Positions 19,511 through 29,723 of a DNA stretch of 64,000 nt are shown here, one piece after another; the stretch's first letter is position 1; every line of letters starts with the position of its first letter. Source of the stretch: an uncultured Dehalococcoidales bacterium (GTDB taxonomy: Bacteria; Chloroflexota; Dehalococcoidia; Dehalococcoidales; UBA3254); assembly GCA_964386535.1 (NCBI GenBank), contig CAYLRY010000011.1:2396-66395 (forward strand), written 5' to 3'. Below the pieces are notes generated by a model that saw only the letters and a list, made by a program, of their open reading frames with translations, made no database searches and was not told the DNA's origin. A program made the position numbers and the translations under genes.

Positions 19511-19873
19511 ATGTCTACCCAGATTATTAAAGAAAATCCCAGAACAGCCAAACCGGTAGTAGCCGGGGCGCTGAGTATTTTTTCCGGTGTTTGCTGTCTT
19601 TTAGGGGTACTGGGATTGTTGATCGCTATTGCAGCGATAAATATCCCGGGATTCTCCGAATTGCCTGTGAATATCAGTGCCGTCCTCTGGATCATTACTA
19701 TTCCCCTGGCGGTAGTGGGGATTCTGGCCATAATCGGCGGCATTTTCAATATTCAGAGGAAATACTGGGGGTGGGCGCTATTGGGTTCCATTGTATCTAT
19801 TTTTCCCTCGTTCTGGCTAGGTATAGCTTCTACCGTATTGACCGCTGTTTCAAAAAATGAATTCTCTGAATAG
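19511..19873 (+). CDS. hypothetical membrane protein
   Basis: 120 aa with three or four hydrophobic helices. The ATG follows AAGGAGG. Confidence 0.5.
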   Translation: MSTQIIKENPRTAKPVVAGALSIFSGVCCLLGVLGLLIAIAAINIPGFSELPVNISAVLWIITIPLAVVGILAIIGGIFNIQRKYWGWALLGSIVSIFPSFWLGIASTVLTAVSKNEFSE

Positions 19874-19957
19874 CTTTATTTATTTTTTTAAGTTTGTCAT
19901 GCGGGCTGTTTATCATGTTTTATATGGCGTTCTTATGGGGAATACTACGGGGGTCTG

Positions 19958-20320
19958 GTGTGGATGCGTATTTTAATTGCAGATGATCAGCCCGCAGTAC
20001 GTTCTGCCCTGAGGTTGCTGCTGGAGGAAAAAACCGGCCTAAATATTATTGCCGAAGCCAGCGCCTCAACTGAATTGTTATGGCAGGTGCGCTCAACCTG
20101 TCCGGATCTGCTTCTGTTGGACTGGGAACTGCCGGATGCCGAACCGACAGAACTGGTAAAACTGCTGCACCGGCTGTGCCCGGTGCTTATTATAATCGCT
20201 CTCAGCAGCCGTCCTCAAATGAAGAATCTGGCCCTGAAAGCCGGCGTCCACTATTTTATTTGCAAATCTGATCCTCCGGAGCAGCTATTGGACGTTCTGG
20301 ATAATTGCTATAATAGATAA
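19958..20320 (+). CDS. stand-alone response regulator receiver (CheY-like)
   Basis: RILIADDQPAVRSAL...LLLLDWELPD receiver motifs with no output domain. Confidence 0.8.
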   Translation: MWMRILIADDQPAVRSALRLLLEEKTGLNIIAEASASTELLWQVRSTCPDLLLLDWELPDAEPTELVKLLHRLCPVLIIIALSSRPQMKNLALKAGVHYFICKSDPPEQLLDVLDNCYNR

Positions 20321-20477
20321 GAGTAGTCTATCCGAAATATAGCAACATGACTTTGCCCAATCAATTTTCAATGATGATCAATCATGCTCCCACTTATTGT
20401 TTGCACTTACAGGAATGTAGCAGGTGTGATAGGGAATAACCGGCTGCATTAATACTCGAACGAGGTTAAAGTCAGAA

Positions 20478-21752
20478 ATGATGGACAGAGTACTGGCGAT
20501 AATCCTGGCCGGAGGAGCCGGAGACCGGCTTCAACCTTTGACCCGCGAGAGGTCCAAAGCCTCTGTCCCTTTTGCCGGAAAATTCAGGCTGATAGACCTG
20601 ACTTTGAGCAACTGTATCAACTCAGGCATCCGCCGCATTTTTGTACTCACCCAGTACCGCTCCGAATCCTTGAACCGCCATATCCAGGACGGCTGGCCTA
20701 TTTCGAGTTCTGGATTGGGTGATTTTGTTTATTGCGTTCCCGCCCAGCAGAAGACCGGTTCGGACTGGTACAGAGGGACCGCGGATGCTGTCCGGCAAAA
20801 CCTGAACCTCCTTTCCGGCAAAGATATTGAAGATATCCTGATACTTTCCGGAGACCACGTCTACAAGATGAATTATCATCAATTCCTGGATTTTCACCGT
20901 TTGAAGAATGCAGGTCTGGTTATATCAGCTATCAGGGTACGGAAAGAACAGGCTGCTGGACGCCTGGGAGTTCTTGAAGTAGATGAATACCGCCGCCTGA
21001 TTGGTTTCGAAGAAAAACCAGCCCAGCCCAGGACCCTGCCGGATGCCCCTGATTATGCCCTGGCTTCCATGGGTATTTATGTTTTCCGGGTTGAAACCCT
21101 GCTTCAGGCCTTAAAAAATGAAGGCATGGACTTCGGCAAACACATAATTCCGGGCATGATGGGCACGCGCCGTGATATTTTTGTTTATGACTATGAAGAA
21201 AAGAACCAGATTGTGGATTATGAAGTGCGGGTGGAATACGGCATCCGGGAGAAAGTGCTGGTAGAGGGTACCCGTGATTCAAGTTATTGGAAGGATGTAG
21301 GGACCATTGATGCGTTCTATGAAGCCTCCATGGACCTGATCAGCATAGACCCTTATTTTAGTCTTTATGGGGAGAGATGGCCTTTCCGTACCCGGCAGCG
21401 CCAATTACCCCCCAGCAAGTGCATCCTGGGCGGTATTATCAGTGATTCTATTGTGTCAGACGGGTGTATTATTAGCGGTGGGGTTATTGAGCATTCCATA
21501 CTCTCTCCCGGCGTTATTGTGGAAAAAGGCGCCATAGTACAGGATTCGGTGATATTTGATGATGTTTTGATTGAACCAGGCGCACGGGTCAGAAAAGCCA
21601 TCATTGACAAGGCCTGTGTGATCCGTGCCGGAGCCTCAATTGGATATGATCCGGCGCTGGATAAAGCGCGGGGGTGCTCACTCAATAACAGCGGTATTGT
21701 GGTGGTTCCGAAAGCCACTGAGATCCGCCGCAACGAACCTTCCCTGCTGTAA
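20478..21752 (+). CDS. glgC: glucose-1-phosphate adenylyltransferase
   Basis: AIILAGGAGDRLQPLT, FRLIDLTLSNCINSG and a C-terminal left-handed beta-helix region. 424 aa. Confidence 0.9.
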   Translation: MMDRVLAIILAGGAGDRLQPLTRERSKASVPFAGKFRLIDLTLSNCINSGIRRIFVLTQYRSESLNRHIQDGWPISSSGLGDFVYCVPAQQKTGSDWYRGTADAVRQNLNLLSGKDIEDILILSGDHVYKMNYHQFLDFHRLKNAGLVISAIRVRKEQAAGRLGVLEVDEYRRLIGFEEKPAQPRTLPDAPDYALASMGIYVFRVETLLQALKNEGMDFGKHIIPGMMGTRRDIFVYDYEEKNQIVDYEVRVEYGIREKVLVEGTRDSSYWKDVGTIDAFYEASMDLISIDPYFSLYGERWPFRTRQRQLPPSKCILGGIISDSIVSDGCIISGGVIEHSILSPGVIVEKGAIVQDSVIFDDVLIEPGARVRKAIIDKACVIRAGASIGYDPALDKARGCSLNNSGIVVVPKATEIRRNEPSLL

Positions 21753-21774
21753 ACAGGGGTTTCTCTCCTACGGA

Positions 21775-23757
21775 CTATTTGAGCTTGTGGTACATCTCTT
21801 CCAGGTCTGTCAGCCAGAGTCCCGGTGAAGCATCAGAAGGCATCCTCCAGTCCCCGCGCGGGGATAGGCTTACCGTACCTACCTTAGGTCCTTCCGGCAA
21901 ACAAGTCCGTTTGAACTGGTTTTTGAAGAAACGGTTGATAAAACTTTGCAACCAGTGATGCAATTCATCAAGAGTGTATCGTCCTTCAAAAAGCTGTTGC
22001 CGGTTGATCTCATTAGCCAGGTAAAGGATTTTACCCGGTCGTAAACCAAAGCGGATAAAGGGGTAAAGATAAAAATCAGCCAGCTCCACCGGGCCGATGA
22101 CGTCTTCGCTTTTCTGGACTATCTGTCCTTCCTTCGGGCGTCTTAGTTCAGGCGATATGGGAGTTTCTAAAATATCATATAGTATCCGGCAGGCATCAGT
22201 CCCGGACATTTCTTCGTCCGCCACCCAGCGCACCAGAAACCTGACCAGCGTTTTGGGTACTGAAACATTAACATGATAATTGGAGACCTGGTCACCAGCG
22301 AAAGTACTCCATCCCAGGGCCACTTCCGTTAAATCACCTGTGCCCAGGTTGAGGGCGCCCACTTGATTGGCCTTATTGAAGAGAAATCCAGTGCGGTAGC
22401 GGGCCTGTACGTTCTCAAAAACGATGTCCTCTTCGCCCTTGTGTCCCAGATCGGCTAACAAGTTTTTACAGGTACGGCCGATATTAACCATTTCGAAGTT
22501 AACTCCCAGGGACCGGCACAGTCGGGTGGCGTTGTTTTTAGTGCGGCGTGTGGTACCGAATCCCGGCAGGGTATATGTATAGACACTGGTGCGGGGCAAG
22601 TTCAGGAAATCCATGGTCTTAACCGCCACCAGTAAAGCCAGCGTCGAGTCCAGCCCTCCGGACACTCCCAGGACAATTTTCTTAATGCCGGCTCCGGTCA
22701 GCTTTTTAGCCAGAGCGCCAACCTGCATGGAGAATATTTCCTGACATCTCTCTGCCCGCTGAGCTGCATCTGCCGGCACAAAAGGATGAGCCAGCAGGGT
22801 GCGCTGAAGGCCAGAGGCTGCGGAATCATTGACCTCAGCTTCGATGATGCGGAAAGATCTGGTTCGTCGGCCGGCATCCTGAAATGTGTTGCTCATACGC
22901 CGGTCAAAGGACATGCGGTCCAGGTCAATATCGGATATTACCAGTTGAGATCCGCGGTATAGACGGGTTGATTCCTTTAAAATTACACCGTTCTCAGCCA
23001 TCAGGATGTGTCCGCCGAACACAATATCATTGGATGATTCGCCTATGCCGGATGAAACATAGCAATAGGCTGAAAGACAGCGTCCGGATTCTGAGATAAC
23101 CATGGTACGCCGCCAGTCCGGCTTTCTCAATACTTCATTACTGGCTGAAAGATTAAAGAGCATCAATGCGCCTGCAGCAGCCTGATATTCATGGGGCGCC
23201 AAAGGAACCCACAGGTCTTCACAGATTTCCACCCCAAAGATTGCCCCGGGAACCCCTTTTATTTGGAACAAAAGATCTGTGCCGAAAGGCACAGTCTGCC
23301 CTCCCAACCGGATTTCACTCGATGGGGAATTTTGGCCGGACTCATACCAGCGTTCATCATAAAACTCCTTATAATCAGGCAGATAGGTCTTGGGCACTAC
23401 ACCCAGAATTCGCCCCCGGTTGATAATCACTGCTGCGTTAAATATCCGCTGCTCAGCCAGCACAGGCATCCCCAGAATGGTAACCATGGAGGTGCCGGAC
23501 GTTTCTGCCAGGATCCGGGTCAGCCCCTTTTCAGCCCTGGACAACAGGGCCTGGTGCTGTACCAGGTCTCCCAGGGTATAGCCGGTAATAGACATTTCCG
23601 GAAAGGCCAGTACTTGAACTCCCTGCCGGCCGGCCTGACGGACCAGTTCAAGAATAGCCTCAGAATTAAAGTCAACATCCGCCACCTTGAGTTCCGGAAC
23701 CGCAGCTCCGGCCCGCAGATAGCCCAGATCCCGGCTAAGTAATATTTCCTGGCTCAC
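21775..23757 (-). CDS. nadE: glutamine-dependent NAD+ synthetase (long form with N-terminal nitrilase-type domain)
   Basis: 660 aa. The CN-hydrolase domain precedes an ATP-PPase domain with SGGLDS. Confidence 0.9.
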   Translation of the reverse strand: MSQEILLSRDLGYLRAGAAVPELKVADVDFNSEAILELVRQAGRQGVQVLAFPEMSITGYTLGDLVQHQALLSRAEKGLTRILAETSGTSMVTILGMPVLAEQRIFNAAVIINRGRILGVVPKTYLPDYKEFYDERWYESGQNSPSSEIRLGGQTVPFGTDLLFQIKGVPGAIFGVEICEDLWVPLAPHEYQAAAGALMLFNLSASNEVLRKPDWRRTMVISESGRCLSAYCYVSSGIGESSNDIVFGGHILMAENGVILKESTRLYRGSQLVISDIDLDRMSFDRRMSNTFQDAGRRTRSFRIIEAEVNDSAASGLQRTLLAHPFVPADAAQRAERCQEIFSMQVGALAKKLTGAGIKKIVLGVSGGLDSTLALLVAVKTMDFLNLPRTSVYTYTLPGFGTTRRTKNNATRLCRSLGVNFEMVNIGRTCKNLLADLGHKGEEDIVFENVQARYRTGFLFNKANQVGALNLGTGDLTEVALGWSTFAGDQVSNYHVNVSVPKTLVRFLVRWVADEEMSGTDACRILYDILETPISPELRRPKEGQIVQKSEDVIGPVELADFYLYPFIRFGLRPGKILYLANEINRQQLFEGRYTLDELHHWLQSFINRFFKNQFKRTCLPEGPKVGTVSLSPRGDWRMPSDASPGLWLTDLEEMYHKLK

Positions 23758-24014
23758 AGACAGCCTCCTTTGAGGTTATCAATTACCGGTTTTTCCCCTT
23801 TTTTTAATAGTCTGCCCCGGCTGCCCTTACCTGCACAGGAGGAGACTAAGTGGGATTTTACTTTAATTTAATTGCGCTAGTATCGGCGCCCTTATTGTAA
23901 CATAACTCCACTTCAGCTTTATAATCCCCGCAGAAAGTCGGGCCTTAATAAACACTGAACATGGGGGGAAGCAGGTTGTTCAACTGTTACTGCATCCTTT
24001 TCCGGACATACGGT

Positions 24015-24055
24015 AAAAAAACCATGCATGGATAAATAGTTGGAAGCATGCATGG
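24015..24055 (-). terminator. rho-independent terminator after the MBL-fold gene
   Basis: Minus-strand CCAUGCAUG-16 nt-CAUGCAUGG followed by U7. Confidence 0.65.
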
Positions 24056-24112
24056 GGATGAAGAAGCAGGTGTTCAATATGGGCGGGCGAAGAATATCCT
24101 TACGTACGAAGT

Positions 24113-24745
24113 TCATATACTATGGGTCTCCCGGAATATTTTACCGTGGCCCGGGATGATGAAGTCAGCCATTTGCAAGAGTTTCAGCCGGCTCTGCCTC
24201 AGCGCCTCTATATCCTGAGCCAGCGGGTCAGGCCAGTTCAATAAGGCGGCTCTACCGGTATCCGGTTTGCAGCCATCCTCCCACCAGAAAACATCTCCTG
24301 CCACGGCATACCTGCCCTGCGCAGTATCAATAACCAGAGAAGCATGTTCAGAAGTGTGTCCCGGGGTCAATACTACTTCCACCTCAGCCAGCGGGAGTCC
24401 TCCCGGGCAGGGAATTTCCATGTCCCCCTGGTAGAGGGTAGTGCCGTCATAAATGTCCTGGTGGGGGAAGAGCCGCATATTCAGGATATGGTCAGGATGG
24501 TAGTGTGTGAGGAAAATCAGGTCTATGTCTTCCTCTGTAAGTCCTTCCCTGTGCAGAGCTTCCACCAGCATCCTGGGGTGTGATCCGGGATCAACCAGCA
24601 GGTTCTTACCTGATTTCCGTACCAGGACTGTAGAAGGCGCTGCCGCCAGGCGCTTATCCGGGAAATACCTGACATAACCCTGTATCAATATCTTAATACT
24701 ATCCATCGGTACAATAATGATTAAAGATAATGGTGTTTTTGTCAA
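24113..24745 (-). CDS. MBL-fold metallo-hydrolase
   Basis: THYHPDH motif in a 210-aa ORF. The start is uncertain (TTG at 24745 or ATG at 24706). Confidence 0.8.
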   Translation of the reverse strand: MTKTPLSLIIIVPMDSIKILIQGYVRYFPDKRLAAAPSTVLVRKSGKNLLVDPGSHPRMLVEALHREGLTEEDIDLIFLTHYHPDHILNMRLFPHQDIYDGTTLYQGDMEIPCPGGLPLAEVEVVLTPGHTSEHASLVIDTAQGRYAVAGDVFWWEDGCKPDTGRAALLNWPDPLAQDIEALRQSRLKLLQMADFIIPGHGKIFRETHSI

Positions 24746-24839
24746 ACCAGGGCATTGATTCCCGTATCCCTTTCGGACCCAGCCAGGAATCCGGAAGGTC
24801 TAGAAACAATTCAAACCCGGTTAAGACGGGGTTAATACA

Positions 24840-26540
24840 TTAACCCACCCTCACATCCACCACAGCCGCTCTCCCGGCCTGCACCTGTTCCATGGCTTTC
24901 TTGAGGGATGGCAGTACCTCTCCAGGTTCATCTACCATCAGACCGAAGGCGCCGCAGGCCCGGGCAACTGCCGCATAGTCAGGAGGCGGATTGATGTCCA
25001 CCCCTGCTTCGCGCCCGGTTTTTATATCCAGTTTTTCCGTTCCATATGCCCTCTGAACCAGCCCTTTAATCGCAGCATAGGCCTGATTATTGAATATCAC
25101 AGTAAGAAACGGCGCACGGTAGGTGGAGGCAGACCAGAAGGTGGCTACCGGGCAGCCCCAGACATAGGCGCCGTCTCCCATCAGGCTGACTACATTCTTT
25201 TCTTTTGCCGCCAGCTTGGCCCCCAGGGCAGCCCCCAGTGCCCAACCTATTGACCCGCCGGCACAGCTTAAAAATGTGCCCGGCTGCGTCCGGAAAATCT
25301 GTTCTCCCACGAATCCGGAATGGGTAATGGTCTGGTTCACGATGATGGTGTCATCTTTCACAACCTGGGCAAGACAGTAACTCAGCCAGTCTGCGGAAAC
25401 CGGCTTTTGTCCGGCTTTGCTCACTGCAGCGGCCTGCCATTCATTTCTGATTTTCTCGTGTTCTGCGGTAAATTGCGCAGTGCGCCGCCGGTACTCATTT
25501 TGTTTTTCAGGCGTCATCTTTTTCTCTATGACAAAGCGTAATGCTTCCAATGCCTCCCGGCAGTCAGCTTCAATAAAGACATCCGCCTGCCTGTCCCATA
25601 GGGGCGCCACTTTCTTGTTGGGATCGATATCCAGGCAGACTACCCTGGCTTGCGGTTCTGGTTTAAACCCTGCTGCTGCATAGGGCAAATCATAGTCCAG
25701 CAGCATCACCGCATCAGCCTCGGTGATAAAATGTCCACCTGCACGGTTGCCTCCGCCAATGGGGTCTATGCCTGCACATAAAGGATGCGAGGTGGGAAAA
25801 TTCACCCTCACCTGGCTGGTCAGTACCCTCACCCCCAGAGCCTCCGCCAGCTTCACCAGAGATGCCACAGACTCTGCATGCCTGCCTGACTGTCCGGCCA
25901 GGATAACCGGATTTTTAGCATTCATCAAAATATCCGCCGCGGCGTTGATATCCGCCGGGTCAATTTGTTTCCGTGGAAAGGCAGATTTCTCCTCCCGTGA
26001 TTCCGAAGCTTCATGTGCAGTTCCTGTCATGATTTCCCAGGTCGGCGCCAGGTAAACCGGTCCCCTTGGCTCTGCATAGGCGATATCTACGGCTTTCTGA
26101 GTTATCTCAGCGATACTATCCCGGCCTTTGACCTCGTAATCCCATTTAACGCAATTGCGCACCATGCTGCCCTGATCGTAAGGCTTTTGCTGCCATGTCC
26201 GCCGTTTATCTTCAGGAAGCAGCCCGGCGCACAGAATCACCGGTGTGCGGCTGAAGTAGGCATTATGTATCTGTCCTCCCACCTGTAAAGTGCCCAGCTC
26301 TCTGTGCACCATCACAACCTGCGGCCTCCCGGATACCATATAGTGCCCTTGCGCAGCAGACATGGCAACCGATTCGTCCAGACACAAGATTAGCCCGGGA
26401 GCAGTTTTTCCCATCTCTTTAAAGCGCGACACTGTCACCTGCACCGGCACCGTATCAATTCCCGGATTGAAAAATATGTATTCCACACCCCGAGCATTAA
26501 GTACCTCCACAAACGCTTCGGCTCCGGCATATGTCTCCAT
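24840..26540 (-). CDS. thiamine-pyrophosphate enzyme (acetolactate-synthase-large-subunit-like)
   Basis: Track ORF extends to 26693, but AAGGAGG precedes the ATG at 26540 (METYAGAEAFVEVL...). TPP motif GDGAYVW...NN. Confidence 0.85.
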   Translation of the reverse strand: METYAGAEAFVEVLNARGVEYIFFNPGIDTVPVQVTVSRFKEMGKTAPGLILCLDESVAMSAAQGHYMVSGRPQVVMVHRELGTLQVGGQIHNAYFSRTPVILCAGLLPEDKRRTWQQKPYDQGSMVRNCVKWDYEVKGRDSIAEITQKAVDIAYAEPRGPVYLAPTWEIMTGTAHEASESREEKSAFPRKQIDPADINAAADILMNAKNPVILAGQSGRHAESVASLVKLAEALGVRVLTSQVRVNFPTSHPLCAGIDPIGGGNRAGGHFITEADAVMLLDYDLPYAAAGFKPEPQARVVCLDIDPNKKVAPLWDRQADVFIEADCREALEALRFVIEKKMTPEKQNEYRRRTAQFTAEHEKIRNEWQAAAVSKAGQKPVSADWLSYCLAQVVKDDTIIVNQTITHSGFVGEQIFRTQPGTFLSCAGGSIGWALGAALGAKLAAKEKNVVSLMGDGAYVWGCPVATFWSASTYRAPFLTVIFNNQAYAAIKGLVQRAYGTEKLDIKTGREAGVDINPPPDYAAVARACGAFGLMVDEPGEVLPSLKKAMEQVQAGRAAVVDVRVG

Positions 26541-26709
26541 GGCTACTGCCTCCTTCATGCAACTTTGATATTTGCACCTATTATATACAAATAGGAATTT
26601 GCTGTCATGCCGGGGGTTTGTATTCAACCTCCAGATCAATAATCTTTCATGAAGACAAGCCTTGACTTCAGAAAGGCAACTTGCTAACATCATGGTAATA
26701 ATTTAATAG

Positions 26710-26723
26710 TGAGCATATGCTCA
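26710..26723. promoter_or_regulatory. perfect 14-bp palindrome in the divergent intergenic region (candidate operator)
   Basis: TGAGCATATGCTCA, midway between the TPP gene start (26540) and the DUF169 start (26863). Confidence 0.35.
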
Positions 26724-26862
26724 TTTCCATGACCAGCATAATGATGAGGGCAGGTTATCTCCGATTAAGTTCCTGAGTAATGCGTTTTGTTCGAAAATTA
26801 ACCTTGAATGTAATTATAGATTATATAGAAATAATACCAGGTTGCAGCAGGAGGAAAATCAT

Positions 26863-27630
26863 ATGACTACGTTAAGTGAGTTTAATCGTTACGGAATTGA
26901 ACTGGAAAATCTGCTCGGATTGGGGTCATCTCCGGTGGCTGTAAAAATGCTTGAAAAAGAAGCAGACATACCGGAGGATGCCATCCGCCCGAAGAGAGAC
27001 CGGAACTATCATCTTGCGCAATGCCAGGCCTTTGCCATGTCACGCCGGGATAGAGTCACGGTGGCCATGCTCAAGGAAGATAACTGGTGCCCAGGCGCAG
27101 TGATATCCTACGGCCTGGTACCTGTAGATAATTCTTCCGCCAGGGATCCGAACACCAATGACAGGTTTGAATATGGCAAATATATCGGCATTCTTACAGG
27201 ACCGCTGAAGAAGGCTACCTTTATCCCGGATGTGGTAATAATATATTGTGATACCAATCAACTCCGGATTATGCTTCTTGCGTTGAAAACGGAAGAGAGA
27301 CCGCTGGTGAAATCAAACTTCTTTCCTTTTTCCTGCTCTTACTCCGTTGTGCCTGTAATGCTGAAGGGGGAGTACTGGATTAACCTGCCGGACCCCGGGG
27401 AATACGCAAGGGCGTTAACCGCGGCAGGAGAGATGATGTTTTCTGTGCCCGGGGATAAACTGGCAGGCATGATAAACAATTTTGGGCAATTTGAAAGAAA
27501 TGAATCAGGGTTTGCCCATGAACAGATGATGATGAGACCGGATTTCCCTCAACCTGATCTTTACAAGAAGGTATTCAAAAAATGGGGCATGGATTATGAG
27601 GGAAGTGAAAAGAAAAAACAGTCAGAATAA
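26863..27630 (+). CDS. DUF169 family protein
   Basis: Track ORF starts at 26842 (TTG). The ATG at 26863 follows AGGAGGA. SPVAVKML...AQCQAF is a DUF169-like N-terminus. Confidence 0.7.
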   Translation: MTTLSEFNRYGIELENLLGLGSSPVAVKMLEKEADIPEDAIRPKRDRNYHLAQCQAFAMSRRDRVTVAMLKEDNWCPGAVISYGLVPVDNSSARDPNTNDRFEYGKYIGILTGPLKKATFIPDVVIIYCDTNQLRIMLLALKTEERPLVKSNFFPFSCSYSVVPVMLKGEYWINLPDPGEYARALTAAGEMMFSVPGDKLAGMINNFGQFERNESGFAHEQMMMRPDFPQPDLYKKVFKKWGMDYEGSEKKKQSE

Positions 27631-27716
27631 CTGAATGAAGCGGGTGATAGCCTATATATAATTGATTATTATGAATTATTATAATTAATTAAATAAGATT
27701 ATTAGGAGGAAGGTTT

Positions 27717-28121
27717 ATGGCTATTATTTCTCAAGAAATGAAAGAGGTGTTATCCAAAATGCCGGCTCCGGTAGTGGCTACTGCCACCAGGGACGGTAAG
27801 CCCAATGTAGTTCCCATCGCCTGTATTAAAGTGCTTTCCGATGACGAAATCCTCATGATGGACAATTTCATGAATAAAACCAGGGCTAACATTGAAAGTA
27901 ATCCGGCGGTCGCCATCACTGCCTGGAGTATGGAACACCATGGAGGATACCAGTTTAAAGGAAAGGCGAGGATCGAGACCGCAGGCAAGGTCTTTGAAGA
28001 CGGCGTAAAAATGGTCAAATCACAGCGGCCCCAGATAAACCCAAAAGCAGCAATTGTGGTTAAAGTGGAGGAAATCTACTTCATAGGCGGCGGTCCGGAT
28101 GCCGGTAAAAGATTGGGCTGA
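27717..28121 (+). CDS. pyridoxamine-5'-phosphate-oxidase-like FMN-binding split-barrel protein
   Basis: VVATATRDGKPNVVPIACIKVLSDDEILMMDNFMNKTRANIESNPAVAI. 134 aa. Confidence 0.75.
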   Translation: MAIISQEMKEVLSKMPAPVVATATRDGKPNVVPIACIKVLSDDEILMMDNFMNKTRANIESNPAVAITAWSMEHHGGYQFKGKARIETAGKVFEDGVKMVKSQRPQINPKAAIVVKVEEIYFIGGGPDAGKRLG

Positions 28122-28329
28122 AACCATTCTATTTGCCCTCTCTTTCTTGCCTGTTAAGTTCTGCTAAAAATACTGTGTTTAAATTTTCCCAAAAAACAGA
28201 ATGCGCCCGTTTTCCTCAGATATCCATGGGGTGTGTACAGGCTTCTGACTGCCATTGCCAGTACCGGCATAACCCCATAAGCCTGCGGTTTACTTCGATA
28301 AACCAGGCTATTAAAACCGTTTACGCTGA

Positions 28330-28791
28330 TTACTGATTCTCCGGCCCCTCTCCGGACGGTTTACTTTTTTTGCTTTGCGGAAGGTCGATAATTTCATAAT
28401 TTTTGGTGACGGATACTTCAAACATTACAATGGGTTTATCACATTTTGTGACCGTCAGGGGACAGTGGACCAGTCCGGGAGGAATGGAGATAACCGTAGG
28501 GCTGGTTATAACGTGTTCTTCCATCTCTTCTCCCAGGAAGAAATGGATCTCCGCCCCAAAATCGTTGATATTTTCCGGATTACCGCCAACAAAGCCCAGG
28601 AGCTCATGAAAATCGTGAGTATGAGGTTCCGGATGAGCATAATCAGTACTGTTTATACAATGATATCCGAAGGAAATGCCTGCGTTATACTCATTATGAT
28701 GAGCCCATATGGACGTCCCATAGTAACCATCGCCCAGATTCTTGAAAAAAGGACCCCTGATCAAATTCCGGCTGTATTTTTTGACCGCCAT
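28330..28791 (-). CDS. hypothetical cupin-like protein
   Basis: Track ORF runs to 28836. The ATG at 28791 follows AAGGAGG. The His-rich HPEPHTHDFHE...H pattern is compatible with a cupin metal site. Confidence 0.45.
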   Translation of the reverse strand: MAVKKYSRNLIRGPFFKNLGDGYYGTSIWAHHNEYNAGISFGYHCINSTDYAHPEPHTHDFHELLGFVGGNPENINDFGAEIHFFLGEEMEEHVITSPTVISIPPGLVHCPLTVTKCDKPIVMFEVSVTKNYEIIDLPQSKKSKPSGEGPENQ

Positions 28792-29073
28792 TTTCCTGTG
28801 CTCCTCCTTTAAGTTTATTTTATAATCTAAGGTCAATAATAGTATCTAAACTATATTCTCTTCTCATAATATTGACAATATTTTTCAATCTTAACTCTCA
28901 AGGTTGTGGTTTTGATTTTATTAATAAATAACAAATCCAAACACAATGCCGGGAATCCTTATATAAGGTCTTTGGGTATAAGCTGCCGGGGACAGGACCC
29001 CTAATTTAGCCCGTACAGGTTTCCGGTTGAAAAGTTATCTCAATAAAAATCAACGAAAGCCAGTTTATTTGAT

Positions 29074-29388
29074 CTATCCTTCGCCTTCTTCTGCTTGTTC
29101 AATTTCCACCGGTTCAATTATCTTCATGGCTTCCTCAGCACTCTCTTGGGGCACCAGGATTTTGACTTCTCCGATGCCATCTACGGTAATTCCATAGATT
29201 ATGCCGGCACTTTCATATTTCAAAAATACTGGTATTCCTTCGCTCTCCAAATGTGATTTGATGATATTAGCGACCGATTCACCCTGGACCTTTTTGATCA
29301 CAACATATTTTGATTTTTCAGCCACATTACACCTTATGAATGAGGTTAATTGTATGGATACTTTAATCTGTACAGGCATTGAAGTCAA
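29074..29388 (-). CDS. DUF2007-like small protein; probable GTG start at 29325
   Basis: VVIKKVQGESVANIIKSHLESEGIPVFLKYE resembles DUF2007. AAGGTG precedes the GTG at 29325. Confidence 0.5.
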   Translation of the reverse strand: MTSMPVQIKVSIQLTSFIRCNVAEKSKYVVIKKVQGESVANIIKSHLESEGIPVFLKYESAGIIYGITVDGIGEVKILVPQESAEEAMKIIEPVEIEQAEEGEG

Positions 29389-29723
29389 GAAAGGGCTGGA
29401 TTCCAGATAATAACGCTCGCATCCGGAGCCCGACTACCGGAAGATAAAGCGGCTTTAGAGTTTATTGACAACGGAATGATAGAGCCGGTTAAAGGACACA
29501 CAGCAGAGAGGGGGGTCTTTCTCAAGAAAAACGAAAGATTTAAAATACCCTGAGATATACCAGCAGGTGTTAAAAGCGACCGGTAGGAAAATAAAAGAAC
29601 CTGGCAAGGACTTTTTAGACCTGATGATAGTTAATAGAAATAATGATAAAATTAGCCAGTTCCTTAAAATTAAGCGTCTACTTAAAGATGGAGATGGAAA
29701 CAATAAGTGACTGTGGATAGTAA

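Noticed and set aside
23919-24116. A 65-aa minus-strand ORF whose ATG overlaps the MBL gene stop in an ATGA arrangement.
   Set aside because: The ORF is spanned by a strong terminator (a 9-bp CCATGCATG stem plus U7 at 24015-24055), which explains its palindromic peptide. It has no recognisable domain.
26541-26693. A 51-codon N-terminal extension of the TPP enzyme ORF.
   Set aside because: AAGGAGG sits directly before the ATG at 26540, and the family-typical N-terminus starts there.
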